DNA of 64,000 bases from Planctomycetota bacterium (GTDB taxonomy: Bacteria; Planctomycetota; B15-G4; JADJEK01). Positions 27,415-38,543 of the stretch are shown one piece after another; the first letter of the stretch is position 1, and each line of letters starts with the position of its first letter. Under the pieces are notes generated by a model. That model was not told the origin of the DNA, searched no databases, and saw nothing but the letters and a program-made list of their open reading frames with translations. Location: assembly GCA_044225365.1 (NCBI GenBank), contig JBGAIQ010000019.1:32001-96000 (forward strand), read 5' to 3'. The position numbers and the translations under genes are program-made.

Positions 27415-29985
27415 TTACTGCACGTGCATTTCGACGGCGTTCGAAGCGCAGAAGCCCCAGGGCACGCCGGCGTCCAGCACGATGGCCTGGAAGTCGATGA
27501 AGCCGAGCGCCGCAGGCGTAGGGAGTTTTCCAGAGAGCGTGAGTTTGCCGTTGCCTGCTCCGGTGCCTTGCATGGGCAAGGCGATCGTGACGGGGAACAA
27601 CGGGCTCGTCAGCAGGAAGCAGCCCATACCGAGCGGAACGTGTGCGTGAGACGCGCCGAGGACGAGGATCGCGGTCGCGCCGCCGAGGCCCTTCGTGAGC
27701 GACGCCTTCACCGTACCGCTACTCGTCGCGGTCCCCGAGAGAGCGAGGTTCGGCACGAAGCCACCGGAACCCGCGCACCCCGTTCCATAGGACGTGAAGA
27801 ACCGCGGAAGGAGGTTCTTGTGGAGGACGAGTCGGCTCGGTGCAGCGATGGTGATCGCTGCGAGATTCGCGATGTCCATCCGGCCGTCCCGATTGCCATC
27901 GTAGGTACAAAGACCTCCCGCGAGTTCGCCGCCGGATGCGAACCACCGTGACTCGAGCGCGAACTGCGCATGGCCGCACAGCGCATAGAGCGCGTTCGGT
28001 CCGCTCGCGACGACGTCGTCGTAGCCGTCGCCATCGGCATCGAGGGCGGCGATCGTGTTCGGATGACCCCCTGCGGCGCCGCCGAGGTTTCCATTGAAGA
28101 CGACCGGTGCGGCGAACGTGCCGAGTCCGAGTGCTCGATGGGCACGCAGTTGGCTCGAGTTGTTCGTCGTGACGACGTCCAGATTGCCGTCGCCGTCGAG
28201 ATCCGCGAACGCCACGTCCTGGAGATGAGCGCTTGCTCCGGGATCGATCGATGCCGAGACGAGGAAACCGCCGTGCCCGTTCCCCGGACATACGAACAAG
28301 CGACTGCTCGTGAAGAACGGCGCGCCGTCGGCGACGAGCGCGAGGTCGAGGATTCCGTCGTTGTCGACGTCTCCCACCGCCTGTTGACTGAGGCCGTTCG
28401 CGGAAAGAGGGCCCGAGGTGCCGCTCACGAGCGTTCCGCTCGCCGTGCCGAGGAAGGTCACGAAGTTCGTGCCCTGCTCGAACGTCGCGGCGACGTCGTT
28501 GCGTCCGTCGCCGTCGAAATCGCCGATCGAGAACGACGAGAGCGAGTTCGAGATCGGGACCGTGAAGCCATAGTCGGCCGAAGTCGGGAATCCGCCCGCG
28601 CCGTTGCCCTTCATGACCCGCACGACGCTTCCGTTGCCCGCGACGAACGCGCCGACGATGGCATCGGAAATGCCGTCGCCGGTCACGTCTCCCATCGAGA
28701 AGGACGACACCGATCCGGGTCCCTGCGTGACCGCGGGCACGCTCACGTGCGATGCGACGCCGCCCGAGCCATCACCGGCGTACACCTCGAGCGATTTGCC
28801 CGGGATCGACAGCGCGACGAGATCGGGAGAACCGTTCTGATCGATGTCGGCGCTCTCGACCGCACTCGCTCCATTGGAATCGAACGTGGGATTGCTCGCG
28901 AAGATCGGGACACTGCCCGGGTTCATCAGAGAGACCGCACCGAATGCGGCGCTGACGGCGAGATCGGTCCAACCGTCCCCGTTCCAGTCGCCCGCTGAGA
29001 GGTCCGCAGGCTTCCCCGAGAGGAACGACGTGAGAGCTGGGGCGAAACCGCTTCCGGTGCCGAGGAACACCTGGAGCGAGCGGTCGACCGTTCCCGCCGT
29101 GGCGGCATCGACGAGTCCGTCGCCATTCAGATCGCGGACCACGAGCCCGACGGGAAGCGATGCCGTCGGTATGCCGAACGCCGGCCCGAACGCTCCGCCG
29201 GGCGAACCGAACATCACCTTCAGCGAGGCGGCGGCACTGTCGAGCACGACGGCATCGACCCGGGCATCGACATCGAGGTCGAAGAGCGCGAGGCGCGTGC
29301 CACTCCCCGGCGAGGTGATCGGCGAGTTGAAGATGCCTCCTCCCGCCCCTGTGAACGTTGCGAGATTCGGTCCGATGCCGACGATGTCCTCGATTCCATC
29401 GCCGTCCTTGTCCGCGACCGCGAAATCGGTGTAGCCGTTCGAACCCGCGAGCAGGTGGGCGAACGTGACCGAACCCGTTCCATCGTTCTCGCAGATGTTC
29501 GCGCTGTTCGTGCCGGTGAGGACGTCCGGGCGTCCGTCACCCGTGACGTCGGCCACCGCGAAGATCCGCGTGTCGCTCGTTCCGGCAAGAGGAAGGGTCG
29601 AATGGATCGTGAAACCACCGCTGCCGTTGCCGAATGCGACGACCAGGGATGTGAACGTCCTCACGACGAGATCGACGTTCCCGTCGCCATCCATGTCGCC
29701 GAACTCGACGCCGCTCGTGAAGGCCGGCATCGCGATGGGTGTGCTCGGTCCGAATTTGCCCGTGCCATCGTTCTTGGCGAGCGAGACGAAGGCTTGGCCG
29801 CCGGCGCTCGCCCAATCGAGGTCGCCGTCGTGATCGATGTCCGCGACGGCGAGGCGCGATGCGCTGCCGAGCGGAAAGGTCGGTTGAAGGTACGGGGTCT
29901 GCCCGAGGGCGGTGGTGGGCGCGAGAATCGTCGCGATGAGGGTCGTCAAACGAAGGAATGGCGTGAAGCGCGTTCGCATCGACAT
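27415..29985 (-). CDS. Secreted FG-GAP/VCBS-repeat beta-propeller protein
   Basis: More than 10 D-x-D/N-G-D-G-x-x-D repeats, signal peptide, C-terminal YGTGCAGSGG..FQA..D..SNA domain. Confidence 0.88.
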   Translation of the reverse strand: MSMRTRFTPFLRLTTLIATILAPTTALGQTPYLQPTFPLGSASRLAVADIDHDGDLDWASAGGQAFVSLAKNDGTGKFGPSTPIAMPAFTSGVEFGDMDGDGNVDLVVRTFTSLVVAFGNGSGGFTIHSTLPLAGTSDTRIFAVADVTGDGRPDVLTGTNSANICENDGTGSVTFAHLLAGSNGYTDFAVADKDGDGIEDIVGIGPNLATFTGAGGGIFNSPITSPGSGTRLALFDLDVDARVDAVVLDSAAASLKVMFGSPGGAFGPAFGIPTASLPVGLVVRDLNGDGLVDAATAGTVDRSLQVFLGTGSGFAPALTSFLSGKPADLSAGDWNGDGWTDLAVSAAFGAVSLMNPGSVPIFASNPTFDSNGASAVESADIDQNGSPDLVALSIPGKSLEVYAGDGSGGVASHVSVPAVTQGPGSVSSFSMGDVTGDGISDAIVGAFVAGNGSVVRVMKGNGAGGFPTSADYGFTVPISNSLSSFSIGDFDGDGRNDVAATFEQGTNFVTFLGTASGTLVSGTSGPLSANGLSQQAVGDVDNDGILDLALVADGAPFFTSSRLFVCPGNGHGGFLVSASIDPGASAHLQDVAFADLDGDGNLDVVTTNNSSQLRAHRALGLGTFAAPVVFNGNLGGAAGGHPNTIAALDADGDGYDDVVASGPNALYALCGHAQFALESRWFASGGELAGGLCTYDGNRDGRMDIANLAAITIAAPSRLVLHKNLLPRFFTSYGTGCAGSGGFVPNLALSGTATSSGTVKASLTKGLGGATAILVLGASHAHVPLGMGCFLLTSPLFPVTIALPMQGTGAGNGKLTLSGKLPTPAALGFIDFQAIVLDAGVPWGFCASNAVEMHVQ

Positions 29986-30096
29986 TTCTCCTGATTCGTC
30001 CCGATCCGGAAACGATGCGCGATCAGGAACTGTAACGCGAGAAGATCGAGCGGGTAACGGAGCAATCCATTTTCGTGGGAGGTCGGCGTCCGACGA

Positions 30097-33000
30097 TCAC
30101 TCGGCGATGACGTTGCTCCGACCGAGCACCGCACCGAACGCGTCGAGTGCGTCTTCGTTCATCGCAACCTTGAATTTCGACCCGGCTCGGATCACGTCGG
30201 CGCGCCCCGTGCCGGTGTCGAAGCACAGGTAGAGCGGGATCTCGCCGGGGAACTTCTTCACCACGGCCTGCACCTTCTCCACGAGCGGGATGTCCGGCGA
30301 GCGCAGTCGCAGCACGAGGCGCGTGATCTGTCGCGAGAGCAGGGCCTCGAGGGACTCGAACTTCACGATGCGGAGAGACGGCTCCTCGCGCGAACGGTCG
30401 ACGGTGCCGCGGAACACGCCGATGGCGTCATCGATGAGGGCGTTCTGCGCACGTTCGTAGTCCTCGGCGAAGCAAACGGCGTCGCAGCTCTCCCCGTCCG
30501 CGCCGGTGACCTTCAGCATCGCCATCTTCTTGCCCATCGAACGGCCGCGCTTCGTGACCACCGTTCGCAATCCCGCGACGGCGCCCGCAAGGCTGACTTC
30601 GCTCTTGTCCTCGAGGTTCCGAAGATCCGCGAGGGTGTGAGTGGAGAATCGACGCAGGACTCCCGCGTTCTGCCGCAGCGGATTGTCGGAGAGGTAGAAG
30701 CCGAGTGCTTCCTTCTCACGCCGCAGCTTCTCGCGCAGCGGCCATTCCTCGATCGCGGGAGGACGGTACTCCGGTTTCTCGTCGTCGCCGAGTGCGTCGA
30801 AGAGCGACTTCTGCCCGCTCTTCTTGTCGCGCTGCGCGATCTGTCCGATCTTCTGCAGGGAGTCGAGCGAAGCGGTGAGCGCCGCGCGCGGGAAACCGGT
30901 CCAGTCGAACGCGCCCGCGGCGATGAGCCTTTCGCCAGCCGCGCGATTGAGCGACGCGGCGTCGACGACCTCGAACATCTCGGCGATCGACTTGAAGGGA
31001 CGTCCGAGCTTCTTCCGGGCCTCGAGCACGGCTTCGACCGCTTTCTCGCCGACGCCCTTGATCGCGCCGAGTCCAAATCGGATCTTCCCTTCCTCGATCG
31101 CGAAATCGAGTTGCGAGGCGTTGACGTCGGGACCGAGGACCTTGATGTTCGAGAGCGCGCATTCGCCGAGATAGAGTCCGACCTTGTCGGTATCGCCTCG
31201 GTCGATCGACATACAGGCAGCGAGGAACTGCTCGGGGAAGTTGGCCTTGAGGTATGCGGTGCGGTAGGTGACGAGTCCGTAGGCGACGGTATGGCTCTTG
31301 TTGAAGCCGTAGCCTGCGAAGAACGCCATCGTCTCCCAGATCTCCGACGCGAGCTTCTCGTCGCAGCCGCGCGCGGCGGATCCCTTCACGAACTTGCCCT
31401 TGAACTTCTCCATCACCTCGGGCTTCTTCTTGCCCATCGCCTTGCGGAGGTTGTCCGCTTCTTCGAGCGTGAAGCCGGCGAGCACGTTCGAGATGCGCAT
31501 GATCTGTTCCTGGTAGACCATGACGCCGTAGGTCTCTTTCAAGATGCTCTCGAGCGAAGGATGCGGGTATTCGATTGGCTCGCGGCCGTGCTTCCTGTTG
31601 ACGAACGTCTCGACCATTCCCGAGCCGAGCGGGCCCGGTCGATACAACGCGAGGATCGCGACGATGTCCTCGAACACGTCGGGCTTCATGCCCTTCAGCA
31701 GTTCGCGCATGCCCGTGGATTCGAGCTGGAACACGCCCGTCGTCTCACCGCGCGTCAGCATCTCGTAGGTCTTGCGGTCGTCGAGAGGGGCGGTAGCAGA
31801 GTCGACCTCGTGACCCGATTCACGGATGAGTTGTTCGGCGCGCTCGATCACGGTGAGCGTCTTCAGGCCGAGGAAGTCCATCTTCAGCAGCCCGATCGAT
31901 TCGAGCTCGGTCATCGCGAACTGGGTGTTCACTTCGCCTTGCACTACGCAGAGCGGCGCATACTCGATGAGCGGTCGGTCGGTGATCACGACGCCGGCGG
32001 CGTGCGTCGACGTGTGTCGGTTGAGGCCTTCGATGGAGAGCGCGATCTTGAACAGGTCCTCGAGCTGCTTGTCATCGTCTCGCAGCTTCTTCAGATCCGC
32101 ATCCTGCTCGATCGCGTCCTTCAGCTTGGTGCCGGGAGTATTCGGGATCTTCTTGCTGATCTTGTCGACGAGGACCGGATCGATGCCGAGGACGCGGCCC
32201 GTGTCGCGAACCGCGGCCTTCGCGGCGAGCGTTCCGAACGTCACGATCTGGCACACCGACTCCGTGCCGTACTTCTTGCGCACGTACTCGATGACGTCGC
32301 CGCGCTTGTCGCGGCAGAAGTCGATGTCGATGTCGGGCATCGACACGCGGCCGCGATTCAGGAAGCGTTCGAACAGCAGGTCGTAGCGCAGGGGATCGAC
32401 GTCGGTGATCCGCAGGCCGTAGGCCACGATCGAGCCCGCTGCCGAGCCGCGGCCGGGGCCGACCGGGACGCCGTGCGCCTTGCCCCAGTTGATGAAGTCC
32501 GCGACGATCAGGAAGTACGCGACGAAGCCCATCTCCTCGATGACTTCCATCTCGTACGCGAGGCGCTTCTCGATCGCGTCGGTGAGCGGCCCGTAGCGCT
32601 CGATGCAGCCTTCGCGACAGAGGCGCCGGAAGTAGACCTTCGGATCCTCGCCCGTCGGCACCTCGAAGTGCGGCAGGTGGAACTGGTCGAGCTTGAGGTC
32701 GACGTTGCAGCGCGACGCAACGGCGTAGGCGTTCTCGCAGAGTCGATCGGCGCCGCGGAACAGGGTCGCCATCTCCGAGGTCGAGCGGAAGAACTGCTTC
32801 TCGGTATCGAGGTGCCAGCGATTCTCGTCGGCGAGCGTTTTGCTCGACGCCACGCACATCAACACCTCGCGGGCCGGAGCGTCCTCGGCCCGGAGATAGT
32901 GCACGTCGTTCGTGAGCACCGGGATCGCTCCCGTTGCTTCCGCCAGTTCGAGAAGGCCATCGCGCTGCTTGCGTTGCAAGGGCAGCTCGTTGTCCATCAC

Positions 33001-33516
33001 TTCGAGGTAGTAGTTCTCCTTGCCGAAGATCTCCCGGTGCTCGGCGACGACGCGCTCGGCGCCGGCCTTGTCCGCAGCGAGAACCCGGCGCGATAGTTCG
33101 CTCTTCATGTCGCCGGAGAGGGCGAGGATTCCCTTCGCGTGCGTCGCGAGCAGCGACTTCGAGACGCGCGGCTTGAAGTAGAACCCCTCGAGGTAACCCT
33201 TCGAGACCAGCTTGATCAAGTTCCCCCAACCCTCGAGGTTTTCGCAGAGCAGTACGAGGGGGTAGGTCGGAGACTTCGCATCCTTGGCGGTGTGATCGCC
33301 GTCGACGACCAAGACCTCACATCCGAGGATCGGGGTGACGCCCTTGTTCTTCGCGGCGTTGTAGAACTGGATCGCTCCGAACAGATTTCCGGAGTCGGTG
33401 AGCGCGAGACGATCCTGAGAGTGGGCGGCCGCTGCTGCTACGAGATCGGGCAGCCGCGTCGGGCTCTCGAGGATGCTGAAGTGGCTGTGGACGTGCAGGT
33501 GCGCGAAGCGAACCAT
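30097..33516 (-). CDS. dnaE: DNA polymerase III alpha subunit
   Basis: HLHVHS PHP motif, GPGRGSAAGS, MPDIDIDF, GLLKMDFLGL, YGFNKSH. Confidence 0.97.
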   Translation of the reverse strand: MVRFAHLHVHSHFSILESPTRLPDLVAAAAAHSQDRLALTDSGNLFGAIQFYNAAKNKGVTPILGCEVLVVDGDHTAKDAKSPTYPLVLLCENLEGWGNLIKLVSKGYLEGFYFKPRVSKSLLATHAKGILALSGDMKSELSRRVLAADKAGAERVVAEHREIFGKENYYLEVMDNELPLQRKQRDGLLELAEATGAIPVLTNDVHYLRAEDAPAREVLMCVASSKTLADENRWHLDTEKQFFRSTSEMATLFRGADRLCENAYAVASRCNVDLKLDQFHLPHFEVPTGEDPKVYFRRLCREGCIERYGPLTDAIEKRLAYEMEVIEEMGFVAYFLIVADFINWGKAHGVPVGPGRGSAAGSIVAYGLRITDVDPLRYDLLFERFLNRGRVSMPDIDIDFCRDKRGDVIEYVRKKYGTESVCQIVTFGTLAAKAAVRDTGRVLGIDPVLVDKISKKIPNTPGTKLKDAIEQDADLKKLRDDDKQLEDLFKIALSIEGLNRHTSTHAAGVVITDRPLIEYAPLCVVQGEVNTQFAMTELESIGLLKMDFLGLKTLTVIERAEQLIRESGHEVDSATAPLDDRKTYEMLTRGETTGVFQLESTGMRELLKGMKPDVFEDIVAILALYRPGPLGSGMVETFVNRKHGREPIEYPHPSLESILKETYGVMVYQEQIMRISNVLAGFTLEEADNLRKAMGKKKPEVMEKFKGKFVKGSAARGCDEKLASEIWETMAFFAGYGFNKSHTVAYGLVTYRTAYLKANFPEQFLAACMSIDRGDTDKVGLYLGECALSNIKVLGPDVNASQLDFAIEEGKIRFGLGAIKGVGEKAVEAVLEARKKLGRPFKSIAEMFEVVDAASLNRAAGERLIAAGAFDWTGFPRAALTASLDSLQKIGQIAQRDKKSGQKSLFDALGDDEKPEYRPPAIEEWPLREKLRREKEALGFYLSDNPLRQNAGVLRRFSTHTLADLRNLEDKSEVSLAGAVAGLRTVVTKRGRSMGKKMAMLKVTGADGESCDAVCFAEDYERAQNALIDDAIGVFRGTVDRSREEPSLRIVKFESLEALLSRQITRLVLRLRSPDIPLVEKVQAVVKKFPGEIPLYLCFDTGTGRADVIRAGSKFKVAMNEDALDAFGAVLGRSNVIAE

Positions 33517-33639
33517 GGCGGCGACGAAGGGGTGCTGCGAGGCGTGAATCGACGACGATGGGAGATGCGACCGCGTCGCGCTCCCGTCTCGCTCTCACCA
33601 GGAAAGCGCCGCACTCGCGTTACCTCAATCCCCAAACCC

Positions 33640-34848
33640 TCAATCTTCGAGAGCGCCAGCCGTCGCCATGACGGCGAGGAGCGCCTCGGCGATCGGCCAT
33701 GCGACGTCCGGGAATTCGAGGACCAGGAAAGTCTTCGCGAGTACGTAGAGAACGAGCGCGGTGATGACGCCGCGCCGCGCGCCCCGCGCGAGGAGCGCGT
33801 TGAGCGGTGGATAGGCGACGAGGAGCACGGCGGTATCGAGAACGGGTCGGGCGGCGCCCGGAGCATCGAACAGGAAAGACGATGCCGCGAGGATCAGTGC
33901 GAGCCCGTACGAGATGAGTCGGAAGCGCCGTGCGCGTCGTTTGGCGTCGAACAGGATCGGCGGCAGCGCCGACGCCGTGACGGCGAACAACACGCATTCG
34001 GGGAGCACGCGCGCATCGGAGTAGAAGTCGGAGAGCGCAGGAACGAGCGGCAGGAGCAGGAACGGCGCGACGGCGAGCGCACGTTCCACGATATGCATGT
34101 CGTGAACGGCGGCTTCGTGACCACTCGGGTCTCGTTCGGCTTGAGAAATACCGAACCCCGGTCGCGCGAGCCGGCTCGCGGCCGCGAGATAGCGCTGGAC
34201 ACCTGCCCCGAGGACGTTGCCCACGATGATCGACGGCACCGCGATCCGGACGAGTCCGTCGAGATCCGGTCGCGCGATCAGCGTCGTGAGCGCGAAGACG
34301 AGCGCACCCCAGGACGGACCGATGCTGGGACGCGCCGTGGGGATTCCGCGATGCTCGCGAACGATGGGGGATGCGATCGCGTAGGACGCCATCGTGAGTG
34401 CGAGGATCTCGATGGCGCGCAGGAAGTCGCCGGAGCGGCTACCCCGAGGATCGACGAGAAGGTGTGGTACTGCCCACGCGGCGAGCAGGACGAAGAGCAA
34501 CGTGAGGCGCAGCTTGACTCGAAGCAGCGCACGGCGAACGTAGTGCTCGGAGAATGGCGCTTCCTCGAGACGCCCGCAAACCACCAGATTCGGCGCGGTA
34601 TCGCAGACGAGGCGGAGCACGAGGAACAGCCCGCCGATCTCCACCATGCGCCGCGCTTGTTCGGGATGCATTCGAAAAGTGAGCGCGAGTGCGACGCACC
34701 AGAGCAAGGGCTCGGCGAGCCGCGCGGCGACCGGGCGTCGAGTGAACGAAGCGATGCGATCGAGCACGGCGCGAGCCGAGCTTGACGCATTCGAGCGCTC
34801 GCTGCTAGCTTTCGCACGTCCATTCGCTTTCATCGCCCGTTCGTCCAT
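33640..34848 (-). CDS. Hypothetical integral membrane protein
   Basis: Long ORF with many hydrophobic segments filling the gap between flanking genes; no recognised motif. Confidence 0.5.
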   Translation of the reverse strand: MDERAMKANGRAKASSERSNASSSARAVLDRIASFTRRPVAARLAEPLLWCVALALTFRMHPEQARRMVEIGGLFLVLRLVCDTAPNLVVCGRLEEAPFSEHYVRRALLRVKLRLTLLFVLLAAWAVPHLLVDPRGSRSGDFLRAIEILALTMASYAIASPIVREHRGIPTARPSIGPSWGALVFALTTLIARPDLDGLVRIAVPSIIVGNVLGAGVQRYLAAASRLARPGFGISQAERDPSGHEAAVHDMHIVERALAVAPFLLLPLVPALSDFYSDARVLPECVLFAVTASALPPILFDAKRRARRFRLISYGLALILAASSFLFDAPGAARPVLDTAVLLVAYPPLNALLARGARRGVITALVLYVLAKTFLVLEFPDVAWPIAEALLAVMATAGALED

Positions 34849-34866
34849 CTTCGATTCCGGTGGTGC

Positions 34867-35778
34867 ATGTTCCTACGCGCCGTTTCCGCTTTCGCCTGCG
34901 TCCTCGTGCTGTTCGCTTGTTCGAGCCCAACGGGGTCCTCGAAATCGGCGAACGAGTCCGGCGCGAGCGCGGCGGCGGGGCCGAACAAGGCCCAGATGGA
35001 CGGCTGGTGGAAACTCTATCAGGCGGGCGACCCGAAGTGGCCCGCCGCGCGTCAACGCTGGTCCGCTTACGGCGGGTCGGCGCGGACCACCTTGATCCTC
35101 TCGCTCGTGCGCGAACTCGTCGTCGCCGCGGGAGTGCGCAATCCGGATGGATCCCTTGCGCACAAGAAACCGCAAGCCGAACTGCTTGCCTTGCCGGCCG
35201 ACGACGTCATCCCCGTACTGATCGAAACGATCCGGATCGGAAAACATGCGACGGCGCTCGATGCGCTGTCGACGACGATCGCCGAGACGGGACGCGACGA
35301 AGCGGTGATCGCGGCCCTCGAGTCGCCGAAAGAAGGGGATTCGTCGCAATCGGCGCCGACCTTGCTGAAGACGCTGATTCGAATCGGCGGCGCGCACGCG
35401 CTGTCGGCGGTGGAGAAGCAACTCCTGACTGCGAGCGACTGGCAGGTCCGTGCGGCGGCGGCCGAGGCGTGCCGACTCGCCCACGTCTCGGATCATCCGA
35501 TCGTGATCAAGACGCTCGCGAAGGGCCTCGACGATGCCGACGGATTCGTCGTGCGAACGAGCCTGAAATCGCTGTCGTCGATCGGCGATGTCCACGCGAC
35601 CTCCTACGTCGCTCGCGCCTTCGAGAAGATCGCGGAGGGCAGCGACAAGGAAACGAAATCGGAGGCGATTGCCACGTTGCGTTCGCTGAGCGGGCGGATC
35701 ATCGAGGGGAACGATCCGAAGCGCTGGCAGGAGATCGCGGTCGAGGTCATCCGCGACGCCGATGCGAAGAAGCCCTGA
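34867..35778 (+). CDS. HEAT-repeat lipoprotein
   Basis: Lipobox LFAC; DWQVRAAAAEAC and D.DGFVVR HEAT-like repeats. Confidence 0.75.
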   Translation: MFLRAVSAFACVLVLFACSSPTGSSKSANESGASAAAGPNKAQMDGWWKLYQAGDPKWPAARQRWSAYGGSARTTLILSLVRELVVAAGVRNPDGSLAHKKPQAELLALPADDVIPVLIETIRIGKHATALDALSTTIAETGRDEAVIAALESPKEGDSSQSAPTLLKTLIRIGGAHALSAVEKQLLTASDWQVRAAAAEACRLAHVSDHPIVIKTLAKGLDDADGFVVRTSLKSLSSIGDVHATSYVARAFEKIAEGSDKETKSEAIATLRSLSGRIIEGNDPKRWQEIAVEVIRDADAKKP

Positions 35779-35915
35779 CGCAGGGCGCGAACCCGGGCAT
35801 CGGCCCTTGATTTCCGATGCGGCGGCCTGTTGCTTGTAGGGGAGTCGTCCTGGCGGAGGGCGCAATGGAATCCCCCGTTGCGCCTACCTTCGCGGCAAGT
35901 CGACCGACGGATGTG

Positions 35916-36473
35916 ATGGAATACAAGATTCGCAAGACGGCCGGGACGTGCGGCGGGTGCTCCCAGGAGATTCCGCTCGACACCGAGATGGTGTCGACGA
36001 TCCTCCTCGAGTCGATCGAGCCGTCGCGTCGCGATTTCTGCATTGCGTGTTTCGAGCGCCTCGATCGCAAGCCCGAGGACGAATTCGCGTATTGGCGAAC
36101 CAAGCGAACTGGCACGAAGCAGGTCCGGCGCGTCATCGACTTCCCCACATTGCGCGCGTTGTTCTATCGCATGGCGCAACAGGCCGGCGAGGAATACCGC
36201 AAGATCGGCTATCTCGTCGCGCTCCTTCTGTTGCGCAAGAAGTACCTGCGTCTGCACGAATTCGTGACCGAGGGCGGCAAGGACTACGTGGTCGTGAGCT
36301 CGAAGGAGAAGCCGGACGCGCTCAAGATCGAGGCGCCCTCGCTACGGGCGGAAGAGTTCGCCGAGATCCGCGAGAAGCTGAGTTGCCTCCTCGATGTCGA
36401 CATCGAGGCCGACGGTGGACTCGAGGCGCCGACGAGCGATGTCGAGTCGAGCGCCGTGACCGACGCCGGCTGA
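35916..36473 (+). CDS. Conserved hypothetical protein with CxxC..CxxC zinc-ribbon-like N-terminus
   Basis: CGGC...RRDFCIACF..AYWRT; YLVALLLLRKK. Confidence 0.65.
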   Translation: MEYKIRKTAGTCGGCSQEIPLDTEMVSTILLESIEPSRRDFCIACFERLDRKPEDEFAYWRTKRTGTKQVRRVIDFPTLRALFYRMAQQAGEEYRKIGYLVALLLLRKKYLRLHEFVTEGGKDYVVVSSKEKPDALKIEAPSLRAEEFAEIREKLSCLLDVDIEADGGLEAPTSDVESSAVTDAG

Positions 36474-36734
36474 GGCGCGGCGAGCGACCGTGTTTCGTGA
36501 ATGCGATCGAAAAGCTCAAAAAAAATCTTCGATTCGGCTTGGGTTCGACGGGCGCGGCAAATTGCCTCACGATTGAGTGTGGAAGAATGGTTGAGAACTC
36601 GCGCGGAATACGGGAATCGGTGGTGGAGAGTCAACCGCGACCGAACGCCATAAGATGCTATTAGTAACTGGCTTGTAAGAAGAGCAGGGCAAGCGGTGAA
36701 GACGCCCGAGGCGCCGTCGTCGGCACGTTTTCGG

Positions 36735-36949
36735 GTGGTGGAAAGTGGGTGAGTCGCTGATCCGTAGAAGTCTTGCTACCTGGCGAAAAGGGCATCTTCG
36801 GCACCCTGGCAATGCATCTCGAAATCAACAGAACAACATATTTTAAAGCGACTAAAGATCGATAACGCTTTCTGACGAGTCCGTGATCAAGGGCTCTTGT
36901 GCGAAAAGTCGAGTGGAGGTACAACCCTCCTCGGTGGCGCAAAGTGGAG
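36735..36949 (+). promoter_or_regulatory. Candidate MraZ-binding GTGG repeats upstream of the dcw operon
   Basis: GTGGTG-GAAA-GTGGGT (36735-36750) and GTGGCG-CAAA-GTGGAG (36934-36949), each with a 10-bp period, resembling known MraZ boxes. Confidence 0.5.
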
Positions 36950-36960
36950 GCGAGCGCTCT

Positions 36961-37404
36961 TTGGACTTCTACGGTACGAACGATCACTCGGTGGATGCGA
37001 AGGGTCGCGCCTTCGTGCCGAGCAAGTTCCTCGAATCGATGGAGGGTTCGGAGCCTCGTTGGCTGTACGTGACGCGCGGACTCGACGGCTGCCTCGCGCT
37101 CTATCCCGATAGCACTTGGAAGGACAAGCTCGCCAAGATCGCGGCGAAGCCCGACGGCGATCCGGACAAGCGGGCTTACATGCGAATCTTCGCGGGTCAG
37201 GCGAAGAAGCAGGAAATCGATGGCTCCGGCCGAATCCTCATCCCCGAGGAATTGCGCAAGCTCGCGGGCCTCACCGAGAAGGTCGTGTTCGTCGGCCAGG
37301 GCATCTTCATCGAGCTGTGGGACAAGGGTCGCTGGGATGCGAAGTACGGCGGCATCTCCGACGCCGATCTCGAGGCGATGGCGGCGAGGTTGCTCGGCCA
37401 ATGA
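36961..37404 (+). CDS. mraZ: Division/cell wall cluster transcriptional repressor MraZ
   Basis: TTG start with GGAGG RBS; two DxxGR motifs (DAKGR, DGSGR); IELWD. Confidence 0.93.
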   Translation: MDFYGTNDHSVDAKGRAFVPSKFLESMEGSEPRWLYVTRGLDGCLALYPDSTWKDKLAKIAAKPDGDPDKRAYMRIFAGQAKKQEIDGSGRILIPEELRKLAGLTEKVVFVGQGIFIELWDKGRWDAKYGGISDADLEAMAARLLGQ

Positions 37405-37535
37405 ACCGCGCACACAACGATCCCGCTCGCACGACCTACGCGCTGTTCCGCGCCCGACGGGTTCGCGCGCCGCGTCGCCGCGACTCGTTCGCGATGACGA
37501 TCGTCCTGCGACCGCGGGGTGGGCGAAGTGAAGCG

Positions 37536-38540
37536 ATGGGTTCCATGAACGATCCGCACGCGAGGGTCCACGAGTCGGTGCAGGCCGACGCCGTCCTGCA
37601 GTACCTCGCTCCGCGGGATGGCGATCTCATCCTCGACGGAACGCTCGGTGCCGGTGGACATGCTCTTCGCGTCCTACAGGCGACGGCGACGGGACGCGTG
37701 ATCGGGCTCGATCGCGACCCCGAGATCCTCGCGATCGCGAAGCAGCGTCTGGAGGGATTTGCGGCGCGTGCGCGGTTCGAACTCGCGAGCTTCGAACGGT
37801 TCGACGAATTCCTGGGCGATGCGCCGCTTGCCGGGGCGTTGCTCGATCTTGGAGTCTCGTCGCTGCAGATCGATCGTGCAGCGCGCGGCTTCTCGTATCG
37901 CGAGGATGGACCGCTCGACATGCGGATGGACGCCTCGGGGACGAGCGCGGGCAAGAACGTCCCGCGTCATCTGCGAAGCGCCGCCGACCTGCTGAACAAG
38001 GCGCCCGCCGACGAGCTCTATCACGTGCTGCGCGACCTCGGCGACGAACCGGCAGCGAAGCGAATCGTCGCAGGAATCGTGGAAGCGCGCGGCCGGGCTC
38101 CCCTGCGCCGCACCTGCGAGTTGCGCGACGTGGTCGCGAAGGCGCTCCGTCGCCCCTCCGAGGACTCGCTCACGAAGAGTCTGTCGCGCGTGTTCATGGG
38201 TATCCGAATGGCGGTGAACGACGAACTCGGCGTGCTCGAGCGGACGCTGCCACGCCTCATCGCGCGGCTCGCCGCGGGGGGTCGGCTCGTCGTCCTTTCG
38301 TTCCACGGCGGAGAGGATCGCGTCGTGAAGCGCGCGTTCCTGGACGCGGCCGGCGCCGGGCTCGCCCGTGTGCTGACCGATCGTCCGCTCGAACCGACGG
38401 CCTTCGAAGTGGCGAAGAACCCCCGTGCGCGCAGTTCGAAGCTGCGAGCGCTGGAGCGAGTCGCCACCGACCGCTCGACCGCGACGAATTCCCTGGTCCA
38501 ACGCCCGACTCCCTCGAATCCGAATCCACGCAAGGACTGA
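37536..38540 (+). CDS. rsmH: 16S rRNA (cytosine1402-N4)-methyltransferase RsmH
   Basis: DGTLGAGGH, DLGVSSLQID..RGFS..PLDMRMD, NPRARSSKLR. Confidence 0.95.
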   Translation: MGSMNDPHARVHESVQADAVLQYLAPRDGDLILDGTLGAGGHALRVLQATATGRVIGLDRDPEILAIAKQRLEGFAARARFELASFERFDEFLGDAPLAGALLDLGVSSLQIDRAARGFSYREDGPLDMRMDASGTSAGKNVPRHLRSAADLLNKAPADELYHVLRDLGDEPAAKRIVAGIVEARGRAPLRRTCELRDVVAKALRRPSEDSLTKSLSRVFMGIRMAVNDELGVLERTLPRLIARLAAGGRLVVLSFHGGEDRVVKRAFLDAAGAGLARVLTDRPLEPTAFEVAKNPRARSSKLRALERVATDRSTATNSLVQRPTPSNPNPRKD

Positions 38541-38543
38541 GCG

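Noticed and set aside
36474-36960. AT-richer intergenic region as oriC or an ncRNA
   Set aside because: No array of good DnaA boxes and no dnaA nearby. It is explained as the dcw promoter region.
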